From the NCBI GenBank assembly GCA_043228905.1, contig JBHGNT010000003.1:17980001-18044000 (forward strand): a stretch of DNA of 64,000 bases, written 5' to 3'. The stretch comes from Azolla caroliniana (Eukaryota > Plantae > Polypodiophyta). The position numbers were made by a program, and so were the translations under genes. The first letter of the stretch is position 1; the number at the start of each line of letters is the position of its first letter. Under the pieces are notes generated by a model. It made no database searches and was not told the origin of the DNA. It worked only from the letters and a program-made list of their open reading frames with translations. This document shows, piece after piece, positions 62,551 through 64,000 of this stretch.

Positions 62551-64000
62551 ATGTCACTAGGGTTACACCCCCATATTCTAGTAGATCTTCAGGAAGCCAA
62601 TTTGAGTTGGGAGATTATCAAAATGCATTGCTCAATGAGTATGCCCTCACCACTACTTAAAGGGCATGTAGAGACGTGCCCGTTTTAACAAAACCGCAAT
62701 ATGAAACATCATAGAAAGTGTGTGTCACTAACTATGATGTTTGGCATTGCCAATGAAATTTTGGTGACATTTCTATGCTATATCACAATGCTAAAAGTTG
62801 GGGTAAAAATGTTGACATTTAACATTGTTTCTAGAAAAGCGGTTATAAGAAAAGAGGAGTTAAGAATCTCCTTTTCTCATTCATATTTACCGATCATCGC
62901 AGATAGAAGACACCATCAAGTCCAAGTTATATTGTCAACTTCTTGCCTAATCAATCTACACACATGTAAGTAGGGTTTCAAATACATATGCACATACGCA
63001 TGGATATGAGTACACACACACACACATTTATCCATACATTTTACATTCATACAGTCATTTATGTTTTCAATCACATACATACTATCAATCATCATGTATT
63101 AAAATTAAAGTGGCTAGAGGCAATGTACAAAATAGTCCAATATTACATACGACCCTAGCCAATCTTTCTAGGTAAAGATAAGTAAGTAAAAAACCTAGAC
63201 AATCTTTATAGGCAAAGAAAGTACAATGAAGCCATATCATTCTCCAAATCAACAAGATGAATAGTCCACCCTCCAGAAAAGAGCCAACAAAGGAGTCCCT
63301 ATACATATACGTGAAGCATTGAACTAGATCAAGGTCATTGCTTTTTCTTTTTCTTTCCTTCATCAACTGCATAAATGTTAGATAACAACACATACACAGT
63401 TTCTTTTTGTGGCTCCAACTTGATGATAAATTCAATCATCAGGTTATATTACACATACATTCATTCATATCTACATATACATTCATTCACATCCATACAT
63501 TTATATACAAGCACACATTCATTCATTCATACAAATACGTATATTCTTACAATCATAGTCACATCCATGCATACATACATTTATAAACTTATTGATTCAC
63601 ATACATTTATGTTGAGGATAAAGTCCCCAAGAACTTCCCTTTTGTGTATATTTTGACCCTTCCATGTGAAAGCCCCCGAAGGGAGCTTTCTAGACATACC
63701 TTTACTATATCTTTTACCCCAATTTGGGGGGTTATAGAAATTTACATTATCTTTATAACTTCTGGTCATTGGTTGTGTGTGAACGTGCACGAATGACCGA
63801 AAAGTTACTTATTATTAAGATTTGGTCCCAAATCTCACATAATAAGGTGGGAACTTTTGGCGATTGGGGTTACCTCTTCATTTTTCTACATAGTTTTCTC
63901 CACTTCCTCTCTTCTCACAAAACAACCCACTCCCTTGGTGTTTTGGAGAAATTTATCACACCATCACATCACTCTATTAATTGGTGTCAAGGCTAGAGAG

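Noticed and set aside
59380-64000. Short ORFs and possible DIRS/Helitron remnants in the AT-rich right end
   Set aside because: ORFs are low-complexity translations of CA/TA tracts; no diagnostic motif or termini seen.

Overview
Eukaryotic land-plant DNA; the transposon families suggest a moss or other bryophyte (inference). The left ~19 kb holds one host gene on the minus strand, COG3/SEC34 (conserved oligomeric Golgi complex subunit 3). I traced 24 GT-AG coding exons from the ATG at 19091 down to 4845, and the last exon(s) lie beyond the left edge. Its introns carry RTE-X-like LINE copies, an L1-like fragment and a Copia 5' end. From ~20.4 to ~58.5 kb is a deeply nested retrotransposon block: several decayed Ty1/Copia elements, a full-length Tcn1-type chromovirus, a non-coding LTR element, solo LTRs and LINE remnants. 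The last ~5 kb is AT-rich and low-complexity. The most notable pattern is a shared LTR layout in two elements of otherwise different sequence: antisense tRNA-like A/B-box cassette, then perfect heat-shock elements, then TATA, then a 5' end complementary to the element's own PBS (Tf1-type self-priming). The same tRNA-like cassette recurs in two TGTCGT...ACGACA inserts with CG-centred 4-bp target duplications. All coordinates were read by eye and no database searches were run.
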